A stretch of 64,000 nt of DNA from an uncultured Planctomycetia bacterium (GCA_964354545.1 CAYHAE010000006.1:10975-74974), one strand, 5' to 3'; shown: positions 18,643 through 29,768, counted from the first letter of the stretch. Translations and numbers: made by a program. The notes: generated by a model from the letters alone, not told the origin.

Positions 18643-19575
18643 TCAGAACGCATACACGAAAGTAAATACGGCGGAATCGTTCGCATCGATGCTTCTCCCT
18701 GCCACTATCCTCTGATACACGAAAAGCGTCTGGACCGCATCGCAGGACCAGCCGATGCCAAAGGCAAGCATGAGCTGACTGACGCTCGATGCGGGAATAG
18801 ACACGCCGTCTTCTTTTCTATCTCCCTGCAGAAATAGATTACACTCAGCCAGGAGGTTGAAACCCTTCGGTAAAAAAAGTTCGATTCCCGCGTCATAGTT
18901 TTGGTATATCCCGTATCGCGTCTTGACCCCATCGACTCTCGTTTCAATGGGAAAACTCCACGCCCCATCGGCATGGAATACGAATGGTTCCGCCTTCTTT
19001 GAGAGATTGATGCCGTAGCCGTGGTCATAGGAACCGCCTCCCGAAGCCGCGCCCATTAGGTCCATGCCGAGCTTATCCGGGGCCGCCTTTTGATATTTAC
19101 CGGTGGGGAGTTTTAATTGAAATAAACCCGTGACATGAGGCACCCGCTCCTTCTCCTCTACAACGCAGCAGCGCGCAAAGAGATAGCTGTCACCAAATCC
19201 GTCCGCGCGGGCGCTTCCTTCGTCTTGGCGCCGCCAATTCTGTTGATAGACGGCCTGTCCGGAGATTTCCACTCTATCGGTGAGCCCGTATTGAATAAAG
19301 AGCTGTTCCTGGTATTGCGACTTTTCATCGTTTCCCGGTAGAGGATCGTAATGGCCATCGGCATCGAAGGTCCCCCTCGTCCGGTTATAGACGAAGAACG
19401 GCTGGACCACCATGTGCCCTCGGGAGCAGAGAGGCGCCGTCCACGTCGTGACCGGGCCCGCCGAGACCGGATTCCACTCCTTTTTATTCTCACCACCGTC
19501 CCGATAAGAAAAGGGATCCGCTGCCGATACGCACGTTATGAAAGCCGACGCAGCCGCCATTATCGTATAGATCAT
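18643..19575 (-). CDS. Outer-membrane beta-barrel porin-like protein inside the nickel locus
   Basis: Signal peptide MIYTIMAAASAFITCVSA, alternating amphipathic strands, C-terminal ...FTFVYAF ending in Phe. The ORF-track start (19746) is rejected in favour of M at 19575. Confidence 0.55.
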   Translation of the reverse strand: MIYTIMAAASAFITCVSAADPFSYRDGGENKKEWNPVSAGPVTTWTAPLCSRGHMVVQPFFVYNRTRGTFDADGHYDPLPGNDEKSQYQEQLFIQYGLTDRVEISGQAVYQQNWRRQDEGSARADGFGDSYLFARCCVVEEKERVPHVTGLFQLKLPTGKYQKAAPDKLGMDLMGAASGGGSYDHGYGINLSKKAEPFVFHADGAWSFPIETRVDGVKTRYGIYQNYDAGIELFLPKGFNLLAECNLFLQGDRKEDGVSIPASSVSQLMLAFGIGWSCDAVQTLFVYQRIVAGRSIDANDSAVFTFVYAF

Positions 19576-19619
19576 CTTCTCCTGCAGCGTGCCGCGTCTC
19601 ATAGTGCCATAAGAAAATG

Positions 19620-20036
19620 TCACAGCCCTCTTCCCGTCGTCGTCATGATGACCCCGCTGTGTTTCACGCCCTTTGTGGAGCGGAGCCCCTCTGCGAGCGC
19701 GCGCACATCCTTCGTCTTCCCCCGCGCGATTATCACCTCGAGACAATTATCGTGGTCAAGGTGTATATGCTGCGTCGATACGATGAGAGGAGAGCAGTCG
19801 TGCTGGACGTGGGTGAGGTGACGCACCAGCTCGCGCTTATGGTGGTCGTAGACGATCGAGATGATGGCGGCGATCTCGCGCGACGCCGCATCCCACTCTT
19901 CCCTGACGAGGGTATCGCGTATCAGGTCGCGGATCGCCTCGGAGCGGTTCGAATATTTGCGTCCTGTTAACAGCCTGTCGAACCTCTCGAGAAGCTTCTT
20001 CTCTAACGAAACACCGAACCGTATCAGATCGGTCAT
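19620..20036 (-). CDS. nikR: Nickel-responsive regulator NikR (ribbon-helix-helix plus C-terminal metal-binding domain)
   Basis: RHH N-terminus RFGVSLEKKLLERFD; C-domain His/Cys ligands HLTHVQHDCSP ... HIHLDHDNC. Confidence 0.85.
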   Translation of the reverse strand: MTDLIRFGVSLEKKLLERFDRLLTGRKYSNRSEAIRDLIRDTLVREEWDAASREIAAIISIVYDHHKRELVRHLTHVQHDCSPLIVSTQHIHLDHDNCLEVIIARGKTKDVRALAEGLRSTKGVKHSGVIMTTTGRGL

Positions 20037-20048
20037 ACTAATTCTTTC

Positions 20049-20075
20049 GTGTTACATTTGTTACAATCGTAACAC
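20049..20075. promoter_or_regulatory. NikR operator GTGTTAC-N13-GTAACAC, 13-39 nt upstream of nikR
   Basis: Exact match to the published palindromic NikR box consensus GTGTTAC-N13/14-GTAACAC. Its position implies autoregulation and control of the downstream porin-nikMLQO genes. Confidence 0.6.
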
Positions 20076-20180
20076 ATAAATACGCTCGTGTCAACATGAT
20101 TTTTTGTGGTGCCGATTTCGCCTATGAGACGCTGCGGGCGTGCACTCCGGGTGACTGAGGTGAGCCGTGCGAGTGGCGGG

Positions 20181-20636
20181 TCACGCCTCGTGTTTGCGCA
20201 CGATGGCGATGACGTCTTCGCATGTGGCGGCCTCAAGGAGCTCTTTCCTGAAAGAATTATTGGTGAGAAGTTTTGCCAACTCGGCGAGGAGCCTGAGATA
20301 GAGGTTCAGCTCCCGGGGGTTTGCCCCCATGACGAAGATGAGGCGGGCTTTTTCACCGTCTATCGCAGAAAAACCGATCCCTTCCTTCGAGCGGCCGAAG
20401 CCGATCACGAAACCGCGTACGGATTCTGTGCGGGCATGGGGTATCGCGACCCCGTACCCGATCCCCGTGGAACCCATGTGCTCTCTCCGGAGGACCGACT
20501 TGATGAATTTCTCCGCATCCTCCACTTCGCCCGCGGCGGCCATCCCGCGGACGATCTCTCTGATCGCGTCTTCTTTTGTCGATGCCTTTATGTCGATCGC
20601 GCAGAACTCTCTTTTTAAGTAATTGGATATCTTCAC
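20181..20636 (-). CDS. PTS EIIA(Ntr)/fructose-type IIA regulatory protein (PtsN-like)
   Basis: Active-site His context GVAIPHARTE; 151 aa. Confidence 0.7.
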   Translation of the reverse strand: MKISNYLKREFCAIDIKASTKEDAIREIVRGMAAAGEVEDAEKFIKSVLRREHMGSTGIGYGVAIPHARTESVRGFVIGFGRSKEGIGFSAIDGEKARLIFVMGANPRELNLYLRLLAELAKLLTNNSFRKELLEAATCEDVIAIVRKHEA

Positions 20637-20637
20637 G

Positions 20638-21117
20638 CTACATCTCCTTGTATAGCCTCTCGACCTCTTCTGGATTTTTTACTATGACAACGGGGCACGG
20701 GGCCTCCCTAAAGATCCTTTCCCCCTCATTGTAAAAGATCTCCTTTCTTGACGAGACCTCTTTCAACTCGCCCATCACCAGGAGATCGGCCCCCGCTTCC
20801 TTCGTCGCACGCAGCACCTCTTCGTGGACCACGCCCCTCAAGAGCATCGCGTAGCACTCTACGCCCTTGCTCTCGGCCATGCCCTTGACCCTCTCGATGA
20901 AACGCACCCCTTGTTCTTCCATCTCCCTCTCGTATTCGAGCGCCTCGACTTCCACAAATACCCTGCTCCTCAGGAGGTCCTCAAGGATCCTCTCATTGAT
21001 CACATAGATCACCGTGAGCTGCGAATTGAGGAGCTTCGCCAGATAGATCGCGTATTTCGCGGTAGCGATAGAAGCGGCACCCCCGGCAATAGTTACGGCG
21101 ATATGGCGTATGGCCAT
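20638..21117 (-). CDS. Universal stress protein (UspA family)
   Basis: UspA fold signature with C-terminal ATP-binding motif GADLLVMG...S. Confidence 0.8.
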   Translation of the reverse strand: MAIRHIAVTIAGGAASIATAKYAIYLAKLLNSQLTVIYVINERILEDLLRSRVFVEVEALEYEREMEEQGVRFIERVKGMAESKGVECYAMLLRGVVHEEVLRATKEAGADLLVMGELKEVSSRKEIFYNEGERIFREAPCPVVIVKNPEEVERLYKEM

Positions 21118-21143
21118 CCCGGCCCTCTCTCGTTAGAATATCT

Positions 21144-21761
21144 TTAAGCCCTCAGCCTCTCCTTGATAAGTTTCAGCATGGAAAAGGCTTCTCTGCCCTC
21201 TTCATCCAGCCTCTCGCTGATATATTTTACCGTATCGCGGTACGAGGGGAGATATATCTTCTCCAGGGCATTCACCTTCCGTATCGTCTTCTGCACCTCG
21301 TTCGCAAGGCGCAGGATAGCGATCTTCTTTTCCGCCAAATCGGCCAGAAGTGTCAAGATCTTCTTGAATTTCGCAATGACCTCATCCACGTAGAGGCTTA
21401 CCCCATGGGGGCTGTAGTAGGGGGGATTCTCGACGATCTGCAGCTTAATTGCCGGTATCGCCACCCCCATGATCCTCCTGTGGGATAGAGAGAGGTCGTT
21501 CTTGATGTCGACCGAAAAGCTCAGCTCTTCCACCCGCTTCCTCCCCATCGCCACGCACGCCTTATCGACCAGATCATACCCCTCTCTCAGTGCCTTGTCC
21601 ACGTCTTTCTGGACCTTGTCCGCAATATGGGTGATCGAGGTGAGCTCGGCGATGAGTATCTTCCTCTTCTCATCCAAAAGCTCGTGTCCCTCTTTCACGA
21701 GGGAGAGGGTCCTCTTTGTCTTGAAAAGGTTGGTCTTCGTTGCCGCGATATTGAACTTCAT
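21144..21761 (-). CDS. A/V-type ATPase subunit D
   Basis: Coiled-coil D-subunit-like sequence; last gene of the operon. Confidence 0.8.
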   Translation of the reverse strand: MKFNIAATKTNLFKTKRTLSLVKEGHELLDEKRKILIAELTSITHIADKVQKDVDKALREGYDLVDKACVAMGRKRVEELSFSVDIKNDLSLSHRRIMGVAIPAIKLQIVENPPYYSPHGVSLYVDEVIAKFKKILTLLADLAEKKIAILRLANEVQKTIRKVNALEKIYLPSYRDTVKYISERLDEEGREAFSMLKLIKERLRA

Positions 21762-23137
21762 CTCTTCTTATAGCGTTTCTCTATATCTTCCTCTTTCAGC
21801 CTCACGAGCTCTTCCCGCGGGAGAAGGGAGAGAACGTCCCACCCCAAATCGAGCCCCTCATCCAGAGTGCGCCTCTCGTAGTACCCCTGGCTCAATAACC
21901 TCTTTTCGAATTCATCGCCGAACTTCAAATAGAGGTGGTCGACGGGAGCGAGTTCCTCCTCGCCGATAATCGACGCGAGGGCCCGTATGTCTTTTACATG
22001 GGCATAGCACGCAAAGAGCTGAGAGGCGAGCGCAGGGTGGTCTTCGCGCGTGATCCCGGCGCCGATATTGTCTTTCATGAGTCGGGAGAGAGACGGCAGG
22101 CCCGCGATAGGAGGATAGATGCCCCGTGAGTGCAATTCCCGCTCGAGGACGATCTGCCCTTCGGTGATGTATCCTGTCAGATCGGGGATCGGGTGCGTGA
22201 TATCATCGTTAGGCATGGTCAGGATAGGCAGCTGCGTGATCGAACCGCTCAGGCCCTTGATCATACCCGCCCTCTCGTATAGGCTCGCGAGGTCGCTGTA
22301 GAGGTAACCGGGATAACCCTTTCGCGCCGGTATCTCTCCCCGTATCGTGGAGATCTCTCTCAATGCCTCGCAGTAATTTGCCATATCGGTCATGATGACG
22401 AGGACGTGCATGTTCTTCTTGAAGGCGAGGAATTCCGCGCAGCTCAGGGCGAGGCGCGGGGTGAGCAGCCGTTCTATCGACGGGCTGTCGGCAAGGCTCA
22501 GGAAGAGCGCCACCCTCTCGAGGACGCCCGATTCTTCGAAGCTCTTGATGAAGAAACGCGCGGTGTCGTATTTCACTCCCATCGCCGCGAAGACGACGCA
22601 GAAGCCCTCGGACTTCACGCGCGCCTGCCGGGCCACTTGAGTCGCGATGAGGTCATGGGGCAGGCCGCTCCCCGAGAATATCGGGAGCTTCTGCCCCCTC
22701 ACGAGCGAATTCATCACGTCTATCGAAGTCATGCCGGTCTCGATGATGTTCTTCGGATAATCCCTCGCGGTGGGATTGATCGCGAGGCCGTTGACGTCGA
22801 CGAGTTCATCGTACACGGGCTTCGGCATGCTGTCGAGCGGGTTGCCCATGCCGTCGAAGGTCCTGCCGAGGACTTCCTCCGACACACCTATCATGAGAGG
22901 CTTCTCCTTAAAGGTCACCCTGCAGTTCTTAAGCGCGAGGCCGCTCGTCCCGCCCAGGACCTCGACGACCGCATACCCCTTGCCTGCTTCAAGGGTAACC
23001 CCCAATCGCACCTTCCCCTCTTCATCAACGATCTCCACAAGTTCATTGTAGCCCACATTGTGGATATTCCTGATGATGAAGACAGGGCCTACCACTTCCT
23101 CTAAGCCGATGTACTCCCTTAAGCTATACTCTCTCAT
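21758..23137 (-). CDS. A/V-type ATPase subunit B (regulatory)
   Basis: Nucleotide-binding-fold B subunit, 459 aa. Confidence 0.9.
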   Translation of the reverse strand: MREYSLREYIGLEEVVGPVFIIRNIHNVGYNELVEIVDEEGKVRLGVTLEAGKGYAVVEVLGGTSGLALKNCRVTFKEKPLMIGVSEEVLGRTFDGMGNPLDSMPKPVYDELVDVNGLAINPTARDYPKNIIETGMTSIDVMNSLVRGQKLPIFSGSGLPHDLIATQVARQARVKSEGFCVVFAAMGVKYDTARFFIKSFEESGVLERVALFLSLADSPSIERLLTPRLALSCAEFLAFKKNMHVLVIMTDMANYCEALREISTIRGEIPARKGYPGYLYSDLASLYERAGMIKGLSGSITQLPILTMPNDDITHPIPDLTGYITEGQIVLERELHSRGIYPPIAGLPSLSRLMKDNIGAGITREDHPALASQLFACYAHVKDIRALASIIGEEELAPVDHLYLKFGDEFEKRLLSQGYYERRTLDEGLDLGWDVLSLLPREELVRLKEEDIEKRYKKR

Positions 23138-23168
23138 CTTGAGACTCCAACGCTATCGCGCGCACGCG

Positions 23169-24926
23169 CTAGCCCAAAATCTGGGTTAGGCTCGTGTCGA
23201 TCTTCCCCGGCAGCTCTGCCAGTTTCTCGAGGTCCGCCTCCGCGTACGTCACCTTCATCCGCATGAGCTCCTGGTAAATGGGAAGCTCTCTGATCTCGGA
23301 TATATCCACGCCCTTCTTGACGATTTCTTCGCCCTTCTGGTAAAACCTGATGATGGCCTTGAGCATTAAAAATTGCTTACGGGCGGAAGAGAAACCGTCG
23401 ACTTTGTCGAAGGCCGTCTGCTGGAGGAACGCGTTTTTGAAGACCGCGCACACCTCGAGTACCAGTTTCTGCGTCTGCGGCAGCACTTCGGGACCGACGA
23501 GCTTCACCACCTGGAGGAGGCGCTGCTCCTTCTGCAAAAGCTCCATGATCGCATACCGTAAGGCGAGCCATTCCTTATCGATATTCTTGTGCCACCACTC
23601 CTTGATGTCGTCAAGGTACTCTGAGTAGCTGTCGACCCAGCTTATGGACGGATAGTGACGGGCGTTCGCGAGGTCCCTGTCGAGTGCCCAAAAACATCTG
23701 ATGAACCTTTTGGTGTGAGAGGTGACGGGTTCGGAGAAATCCCCTCCGGGAGGCGATACGGAGGCGAGGATGGTGATCGAGCCGCCGTCCCCATTCAGGG
23801 TCTTCACCTTCCCGGCCCGTTCATAAAACTCCGCTAACCTCGAGGGGAGATATGAGGGGAACCCCTCTTCGAGGGGCATCTCTTCGAGCCTGCCCGAGAG
23901 CTCGCGAAGCGCCTCGGCCCACCGTGACGTCGAGTCGGCCATGAGCGCGACGTTGTACCCCATGTCGCGGTAGTACTCTGCCATGGTGATCCCCGTATAT
24001 ATGCTCGCCTCCCGCGCCGCGACAGGCATGTTGGAGGTGTTCGCGATGAATATCGTCCTTTCCATGAGCGGCCTCTGCGTCCGGGGATCGATGAGCATTG
24101 GGAAATTCAAGAGCACGTCGGTCATCTCATTCCCCCTCTCCCCGCAACCGACAAAGACCACCACATCGGCATCGCTCCATTTGGCGAGCTGATGCTGGAT
24201 CACGGTCTTTCCGGTGCCGAACCCTCCCGGAATGGCGACGCAGCCTCCCTTCCCTACGGGAAAGAGCGTATCGATGACCCTCTGCCCTGTGATAAGAGGG
24301 TCTGTAATAGGCAGCCTCTCCGTGTAAGGCCTCGGTCTCCTCACGGGCCAGCGCTGATACATGAAGACCGGTCTCTCTTCTTCGCCGCTCCGGATGACCG
24401 CTATTTTTTCTTCCAGCGTATAGTCGCCCTCTCGAGCGAGCCATTTCAGCGTCCCTTCCATTGTAGGGGGAAGGAGTATCTTGTGCTTTATCAAGAAGCT
24501 TTCTCTCACCTCGCCCGCAACCTCACCCGGTTTTACCGCATCCCCCTCTTTCCTTAAAGGGACGAAGTGCCATTTCTTGCTCCTGTCCAGCGCGGACACG
24601 TGGACGCCTTTCTTTATATAAAAACCTCCCTGCTCTTTTATCGCCTCCAGCGGCCTCTGGATCCCATCATAGATGTTACCGATAAGCCCCGGGCCTAACT
24701 CAACGTAGAGAGGGAACCCTTGAGTGTATACCAGATCTCCTGCCTTGAGGGACGTCGTGTCTTCGTAGACCTGGATGGACGCCCTGTCTTTCCTCAACCT
24801 CACTACCTCTCCTACTAAGTGGTTCTCCCCGACTTCTGCCATGTCGAGCATCCTTAAAGAAGAGACCTCTTCGGCCTCGACGACGGGCCCGACCACGCGA
24901 TAGACTTTGCCCGCTACCCTGAGCAT
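23169..24926 (-). CDS. A/V-type ATPase subunit A (catalytic)
   Basis: P-loop GGFGTGKTV; 585 aa with the A-subunit-specific non-homologous insert. Confidence 0.9.
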   Translation of the reverse strand: MLRVAGKVYRVVGPVVEAEEVSSLRMLDMAEVGENHLVGEVVRLRKDRASIQVYEDTTSLKAGDLVYTQGFPLYVELGPGLIGNIYDGIQRPLEAIKEQGGFYIKKGVHVSALDRSKKWHFVPLRKEGDAVKPGEVAGEVRESFLIKHKILLPPTMEGTLKWLAREGDYTLEEKIAVIRSGEEERPVFMYQRWPVRRPRPYTERLPITDPLITGQRVIDTLFPVGKGGCVAIPGGFGTGKTVIQHQLAKWSDADVVVFVGCGERGNEMTDVLLNFPMLIDPRTQRPLMERTIFIANTSNMPVAAREASIYTGITMAEYYRDMGYNVALMADSTSRWAEALRELSGRLEEMPLEEGFPSYLPSRLAEFYERAGKVKTLNGDGGSITILASVSPPGGDFSEPVTSHTKRFIRCFWALDRDLANARHYPSISWVDSYSEYLDDIKEWWHKNIDKEWLALRYAIMELLQKEQRLLQVVKLVGPEVLPQTQKLVLEVCAVFKNAFLQQTAFDKVDGFSSARKQFLMLKAIIRFYQKGEEIVKKGVDISEIRELPIYQELMRMKVTYAEADLEKLAELPGKIDTSLTQILG

Positions 24927-24928
24927 AT

Positions 24929-25573
24929 TTAAAACGCCTCCTTTATGAGCTCCCTATGCACGTCTTCATAAAATCTCCGAAGCCGGGAGCGAAAGGTGTT
25001 ATCGTACGCCATGCCGCCATCGCGCGATTGCACGATAACTCCGATATCTTTAAAATCCTTCGTGTGAAATGTAAGGGAAAGGCTCCTGTCGTATTTCGCG
25101 CGGCACAGGGATTCCGCCTCTTTCCTGAAATTATCACGCATCGCCTTTTCGTCGAGGAAGGAGAACAGGACGTCTATCTCATCGCCATCGATGACCCCCG
25201 CACCTTCCAGGATCGCCTTTTTTAAAAAAGTTGCGTAGTCGCCGGAATTGCGCGCGTTCGCTGCCTCGTCCGCGACCGCCTGCAGCACGTTTTCGGCAAA
25301 CCTATTCTTCTCTTGCAGCACCACTCTCTTCTTCTCGAGATTGAGGGAAGACAGTATCCTCTCTTTGGTCCTCTCCCGCTCTTTCTCCAGGTCGCGGAGA
25401 ACTACCTCTTGTCTCTTGTCGGCCTCTTTCTTTGCCTCGCCTAAAATCTTTTCGGCCTCCCTGCGCGCCCGCTCTAAGATATCCTTGACCTCATATTCAG
25501 ACCCCTCCCTTATCTTTCGGCATATCTCATCCGCACTATCTGCCTGCATATGAGAACGGTCTATCTTTTTCAT
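24929..25573 (-). CDS. A/V-type ATPase subunit E
   Basis: Charged coiled-coil N-terminus plus globular C-terminus; operon position. Confidence 0.7.
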   Translation of the reverse strand: MKKIDRSHMQADSADEICRKIREGSEYEVKDILERARREAEKILGEAKKEADKRQEVVLRDLEKERERTKERILSSLNLEKKRVVLQEKNRFAENVLQAVADEAANARNSGDYATFLKKAILEGAGVIDGDEIDVLFSFLDEKAMRDNFRKEAESLCRAKYDRSLSLTFHTKDFKDIGVIVQSRDGGMAYDNTFRSRLRRFYEDVHRELIKEAF

Positions 25574-25576
25574 TGT

Positions 25577-25878
25577 CTATGCGCTGATCCCCATCGCCTT
25601 TTTTAATAGTTCCGCCATACCCGCTCGCCTCTTTGCCTCGCCCCGCGAAGGAAGTTCCAGGATGAGGGGCATCTCCCTCTCAAAGGTGAGGGCCTCTATC
25701 TCCTCTTTCACGAACGATGCCGCCTTCTCAGTGATAAGGATGACGCCGACGGATTCAGTGGCAAGCGCGACCTCAAGCGCCTCGAGCGTTTCCGCTTTCG
25801 TTGATGCCTCTCTCGTCTCTACGCCTGACAGCCTGAAACCCAGGCTTGAACCTCTATCCGCGATACAGAAAAAGATCA

Positions 25879-25879
<1 letters not shown>
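25577..25879 (-). CDS. A/V-type ATPase subunit F
   Basis: 100 aa, F-subunit-like (GFRLSGVE...VGVILITE). Confidence 0.75.
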
Positions 25880-26214
<335 letters not shown>

Positions 26215-26238
26215 TCACATCTTTTGGTTAGAAGCTGT

Positions 26239-26343
26239 CTCATAAATACCATTGCGAGCGAAGTGAAGCAATCTCAAAGATTGCTTCGTCGTCCCGAAAC
26301 TTCGGGCCTCCTCGCAATACGAGGCCACTGCGGATATTTATGA
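26239..26343. repeat. Second copy of the CATTGCGAG...GAAGCAATC/GATTGCTTC...CTCGCAAT palindromic element, flanked by CTCATAAATACC / GGATATTTATGAG, between ATPase I and K genes
   Basis: Direct sequence comparison with 18405..18520. Confidence 0.65.
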
Positions 26344-26351
26344 GATGGCCT

Positions 26352-28253
26352 CTAAATACTGAGCGGCTTATATACGTGCTTCCCGCTCACAAAAAACTTC
26401 GAGAAAAACTCATAGTAATTCAACCTCAGCGACTGGATGAATACGACCAGGCCTTCGAGCAGCATCACGAAGACGTTCCCTACCACGAGCGTGACAAAAG
26501 AGAGCACCCCTCCGCCTATGCCCCTCTCGACGCGGACAAGCTCAAAGATCGCGAAGAAGAGCCCCACATGGGCAAGGGCGAAGGCGGCGATACGGACGAA
26601 CGACACCGTATTTGCCAAATAGACCATCGCAATCTCCAGCACCTCTATCGTGCTCTCCATGAACGTGATGAAGATGCTTTCTTTCTTTTTGTGGAGGAAG
26701 AGCTCCACGAATGGCTTGAAAAAAAGGAGCGCACAGCACGCGATGAGCACAATGGCATACGCGGGAGGGACCGGGGCCCTGAAGATGAACGCCTTGGTCA
26801 CCAGGCCGATCCCCGCCCAGTAGATCACGCCGACGATGAGGCCGGCTTTGTCAAAGAGCGCCTTCACGTAGTCTCTGTCCCGCAGCGCGTTGATCACGTT
26901 GAACAGTATCCCCAGCGTGAGGACCCCTATTCCGAAGGCGACGCTGATCTTGAAAAGCATCAGCATATTCTCCATCGGCCTGAACAAGAGGGCATGGTAT
27001 TCCATGCCGAAGAAGCTCCCGTAGAAGACGCCGAAGATTGCGGAGCTTATTCCGCAGTACCAGAGCAGGGCCGATGCCTGTCTCACCTTCTCGTTCTTGC
27101 TCCGTCTGATAAAAAAGCTCGCGATCGCAAGCACCAACCCCTGGCCCACATCCCCGAACATGGCCCCGAACATAATGAGAAAACTGATCGCCACAAACAC
27201 GGTGGGGTCGATCGTCCCGTAGCGGGGGATCCCATACGAATCGACGAGCAGCTCAAAGGGTTTCAGAAAAGCCGTGTGTTTAAGGTGAACGGGGACCTCC
27301 TCTTTATCGATCATAAGCTCTTCGGGGCTTCTCTCCTCTATGTAACTTACGCCGGCGACTTTCCTGATCTCGCCAAGCGCCCTGTCCTTCTCTTCTCTGG
27401 GGATCCAGCATGAGAGCAATGTCGTCTTTTCTGTGGCGCACGAGTATCTCTTCACGCCAAGGAGAGATTTCTTGAGGGAGATGAAAGACTGGATCTTCGA
27501 CACGTCGTCCTTAACGCTCTCCCCCAGTTTCTGTATCTCCCTGTCAACGTCCTCGCTCCTTTTTTTGCATTCGCCGATCTGGAGCCTGAGCTTCGCCCCC
27601 ACGTCCTTGGACAGCCCCCTGGAGTCTTCGGGATACTCAACCTTCTCCCAGGACACGTCCTTTAAGATCTTGTCTAAAAGGGCCCTGTCGCGCCTGAGCC
27701 CGATGACGAGCGCGACGACCCTGTCGCCTTCTTTTCTAAAAGGGTAGATGACGTGGGGTATGTCGTGCAAGCCCCTCTCCGCGACCTCGATATTCTTCTC
27801 CTCAACCTTTCCTACGGAGACCTCTAAAAATGTGTAGAGGGCGCCGCGCCTCATGGAGAAGGGAAAATACGCCTCTATCTGGGATAAAAGGGCCTCTTTT
27901 GCCTTCATCTCCGCGAGCGACTCGTCCTTGCGCGAAAGGAGGGGTGGGAGGGCCTCGTCCAATTTTGCGAAAAAATCCCTTATCTTCTCATACGAAAGCG
28001 CCTCCGCATCCTTCCGGGGATGGGGCGTGAGGTTCAGCTTTCGTCCGATATCCGTCAGTTTTACCTCCAGCGCTCCGAGCTCCGCATATTCCTTTTCTAC
28101 CTGTGGGGGGGAAAGATTTTCGAGCTGATCCTCAATGCGGCGGATGTCCACGGGATGGAAGATCCCGAGGCGAAGGAGGCCCGACATGACCTCTTCCTCC
28201 TTCTCCTTTAAGATCACGATATTTATGAGCTCCATCGGGGATGGCGTCAGCAT
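26352..28253 (-). CDS. A/V-type ATPase subunit I (a)
   Basis: 633 aa: hydrophilic N-half plus multi-TM C-half. Confidence 0.85.
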   Translation of the reverse strand: MLTPSPMELINIVILKEKEEEVMSGLLRLGIFHPVDIRRIEDQLENLSPPQVEKEYAELGALEVKLTDIGRKLNLTPHPRKDAEALSYEKIRDFFAKLDEALPPLLSRKDESLAEMKAKEALLSQIEAYFPFSMRRGALYTFLEVSVGKVEEKNIEVAERGLHDIPHVIYPFRKEGDRVVALVIGLRRDRALLDKILKDVSWEKVEYPEDSRGLSKDVGAKLRLQIGECKKRSEDVDREIQKLGESVKDDVSKIQSFISLKKSLLGVKRYSCATEKTTLLSCWIPREEKDRALGEIRKVAGVSYIEERSPEELMIDKEEVPVHLKHTAFLKPFELLVDSYGIPRYGTIDPTVFVAISFLIMFGAMFGDVGQGLVLAIASFFIRRSKNEKVRQASALLWYCGISSAIFGVFYGSFFGMEYHALLFRPMENMLMLFKISVAFGIGVLTLGILFNVINALRDRDYVKALFDKAGLIVGVIYWAGIGLVTKAFIFRAPVPPAYAIVLIACCALLFFKPFVELFLHKKKESIFITFMESTIEVLEIAMVYLANTVSFVRIAAFALAHVGLFFAIFELVRVERGIGGGVLSFVTLVVGNVFVMLLEGLVVFIQSLRLNYYEFFSKFFVSGKHVYKPLSI

Positions 28254-28259
28254 CGGCTC

Positions 28260-29300
28260 TTATAGTCCCAGGAGAGGCGTTATCGATTCTTTCTTCCAGC
28301 CAAAATTTTTCGCGTAAAGCAGCGACACGATATTCTCCGTCTCCTTCCGCTTCAAGATGAGGTACCCCACGATCGTTCCGATGGTGAAAGGGAAGCCCGC
28401 GAGGGCCTTCTTCACCTCTCTCAAAAGGACCTCGTAGAGAAAATTCTGCAAAAAAAAGACGTTGCTCTCGATCAGATCCTTCAGTCCCGCATAGGGGCCA
28501 AGGGCTATGCCGTCGACGACCTTTGACAACCCGTTCGTGACGTAGAAATTTCTCACCCTATCCTTCCTTATCCTCATCCCTCCGGGGATGAACCACTCCA
28601 GCATCTCCCCTATCCCTACCGCATAGTATTTCCTGAGCCGTATGAGCCAGTCGATATTCTCAATGTCTATTTCTACTCCCAAGATCTTCCTCGCAACGGC
28701 CCTGTCGGCAGAAGAGAACGATTCCACGGCTGCGGCCAGCCTCTCGTGATAATCAAAATCTAATGCTGCCTCGAGATAAAAGGTAGAGCCCCTCTCCTTA
28801 AACTTATCCTTCACTCTCAAGAGGGGTTTCTTGTAAGGAGTTTCGTCGAGGAGGAGGATGATCTCTTCCAGCGTCCCGAGGCGAACGAGCTTTTTGAAAT
28901 CTATATCGAAGCTCACTTTTTCTCCCAAAAGGTAATCCTCTACGTCCACCGGCATCTTCTTATGCCATATCCGCAAGGCCACCTTCAATTCATCGAGCTC
29001 GTACCGTTCGATGAGGAGCTCGACAAAATCCCTCTCGCTATCGGCAGGCAGGGCGAGGTATATCTTTCGATGGATATGGAGATCGTTCTTGAGAAGTTCT
29101 TTTTCGACAGACACAAGATCGACCTCCTGTTCTCCCGCGTGCCGCGCAAGGTGCCCGTATGCAGTGTCCTTGAGCCCCTCCATGACCTCGTAGATGTCTT
29201 TTGCGTCCAGGAGGCGGGAGAAACGGCCCGGGTCGATGAGGTACGAGAGCATCGCCCTCACCTTCGCGTTCACGAACGCATATTTGCCGAGCTGGTTCAT
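28260..29300 (-). CDS. A/V-type ATPase subunit C (V0 d)
   Basis: 346 aa, alpha-helical; operon position. Confidence 0.8.
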   Translation of the reverse strand: MNQLGKYAFVNAKVRAMLSYLIDPGRFSRLLDAKDIYEVMEGLKDTAYGHLARHAGEQEVDLVSVEKELLKNDLHIHRKIYLALPADSERDFVELLIERYELDELKVALRIWHKKMPVDVEDYLLGEKVSFDIDFKKLVRLGTLEEIILLLDETPYKKPLLRVKDKFKERGSTFYLEAALDFDYHERLAAAVESFSSADRAVARKILGVEIDIENIDWLIRLRKYYAVGIGEMLEWFIPGGMRIRKDRVRNFYVTNGLSKVVDGIALGPYAGLKDLIESNVFFLQNFLYEVLLREVKKALAGFPFTIGTIVGYLILKRKETENIVSLLYAKNFGWKKESITPLLGL

Positions 29301-29304
29301 GGCG

Positions 29305-29622
29305 TCAGTCCTCGATATGCATGATCCGCGAGAAGATCCGCCGCGCGATCTCAGGGATATCCTTCTCCCTCGCCTTTCGCAGCGCGGCGCTCTTATCCCT
29401 CGTCTCCCTGAGGACCTTTTCTTTCTCGGAAAGAAACGCCCGCTCAGATTCCTCTCGTCCCTTCTCGGCCGAATCCTTCGCAGAACGAATGCGTTCCTCG
29501 ATGAGTTCCCGGGATCCCTTTTTCGCGCGGAGGATGATATCCTCGGCTTCCTCTCTCGCCTTTTCTATCTTCGCCCTCGCCGCTTCTTCTTCCCGCAAGA
29601 TCCTCTCTACAACCTCTTTCAT
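29305..29622 (-). CDS. A/V-type ATPase peripheral-stalk subunit (G/H-like)
   Basis: 105-aa highly charged coiled coil; first gene of the operon. Confidence 0.5.
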   Translation of the reverse strand: MKEVVERILREEEAARAKIEKAREEAEDIILRAKKGSRELIEERIRSAKDSAEKGREESERAFLSEKEKVLRETRDKSAALRKAREKDIPEIARRIFSRIMHIED

Positions 29623-29768
29623 CTTCGATACCCCTATAGGTGGACTGTCATTATTGTATAGTCAAACAAATGTAAAGACAAGCAGTATTTGGGATGCCCC
29701 CGGTGCCGCGCGGCTTTCACACAACCCGCAGAGCTCCGGTAACGAGATCAGCGAAAAGGGAACGTGCC

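Noticed and set aside
18643-19746. ORF-track N-terminal extension of the porin gene (start 19746)
   Set aside because: The first 57 codons are Arg/Gly/Asp-rich with no signal peptide and overlap the nikR 3' end. An internal Met at 19575 gives a canonical signal peptide.
26340-27413. 357-aa plus-strand ORF
   Set aside because: Antisense to the ATPase I-subunit gene, with Arg/His/Asp/Glu-rich composition and no motifs.
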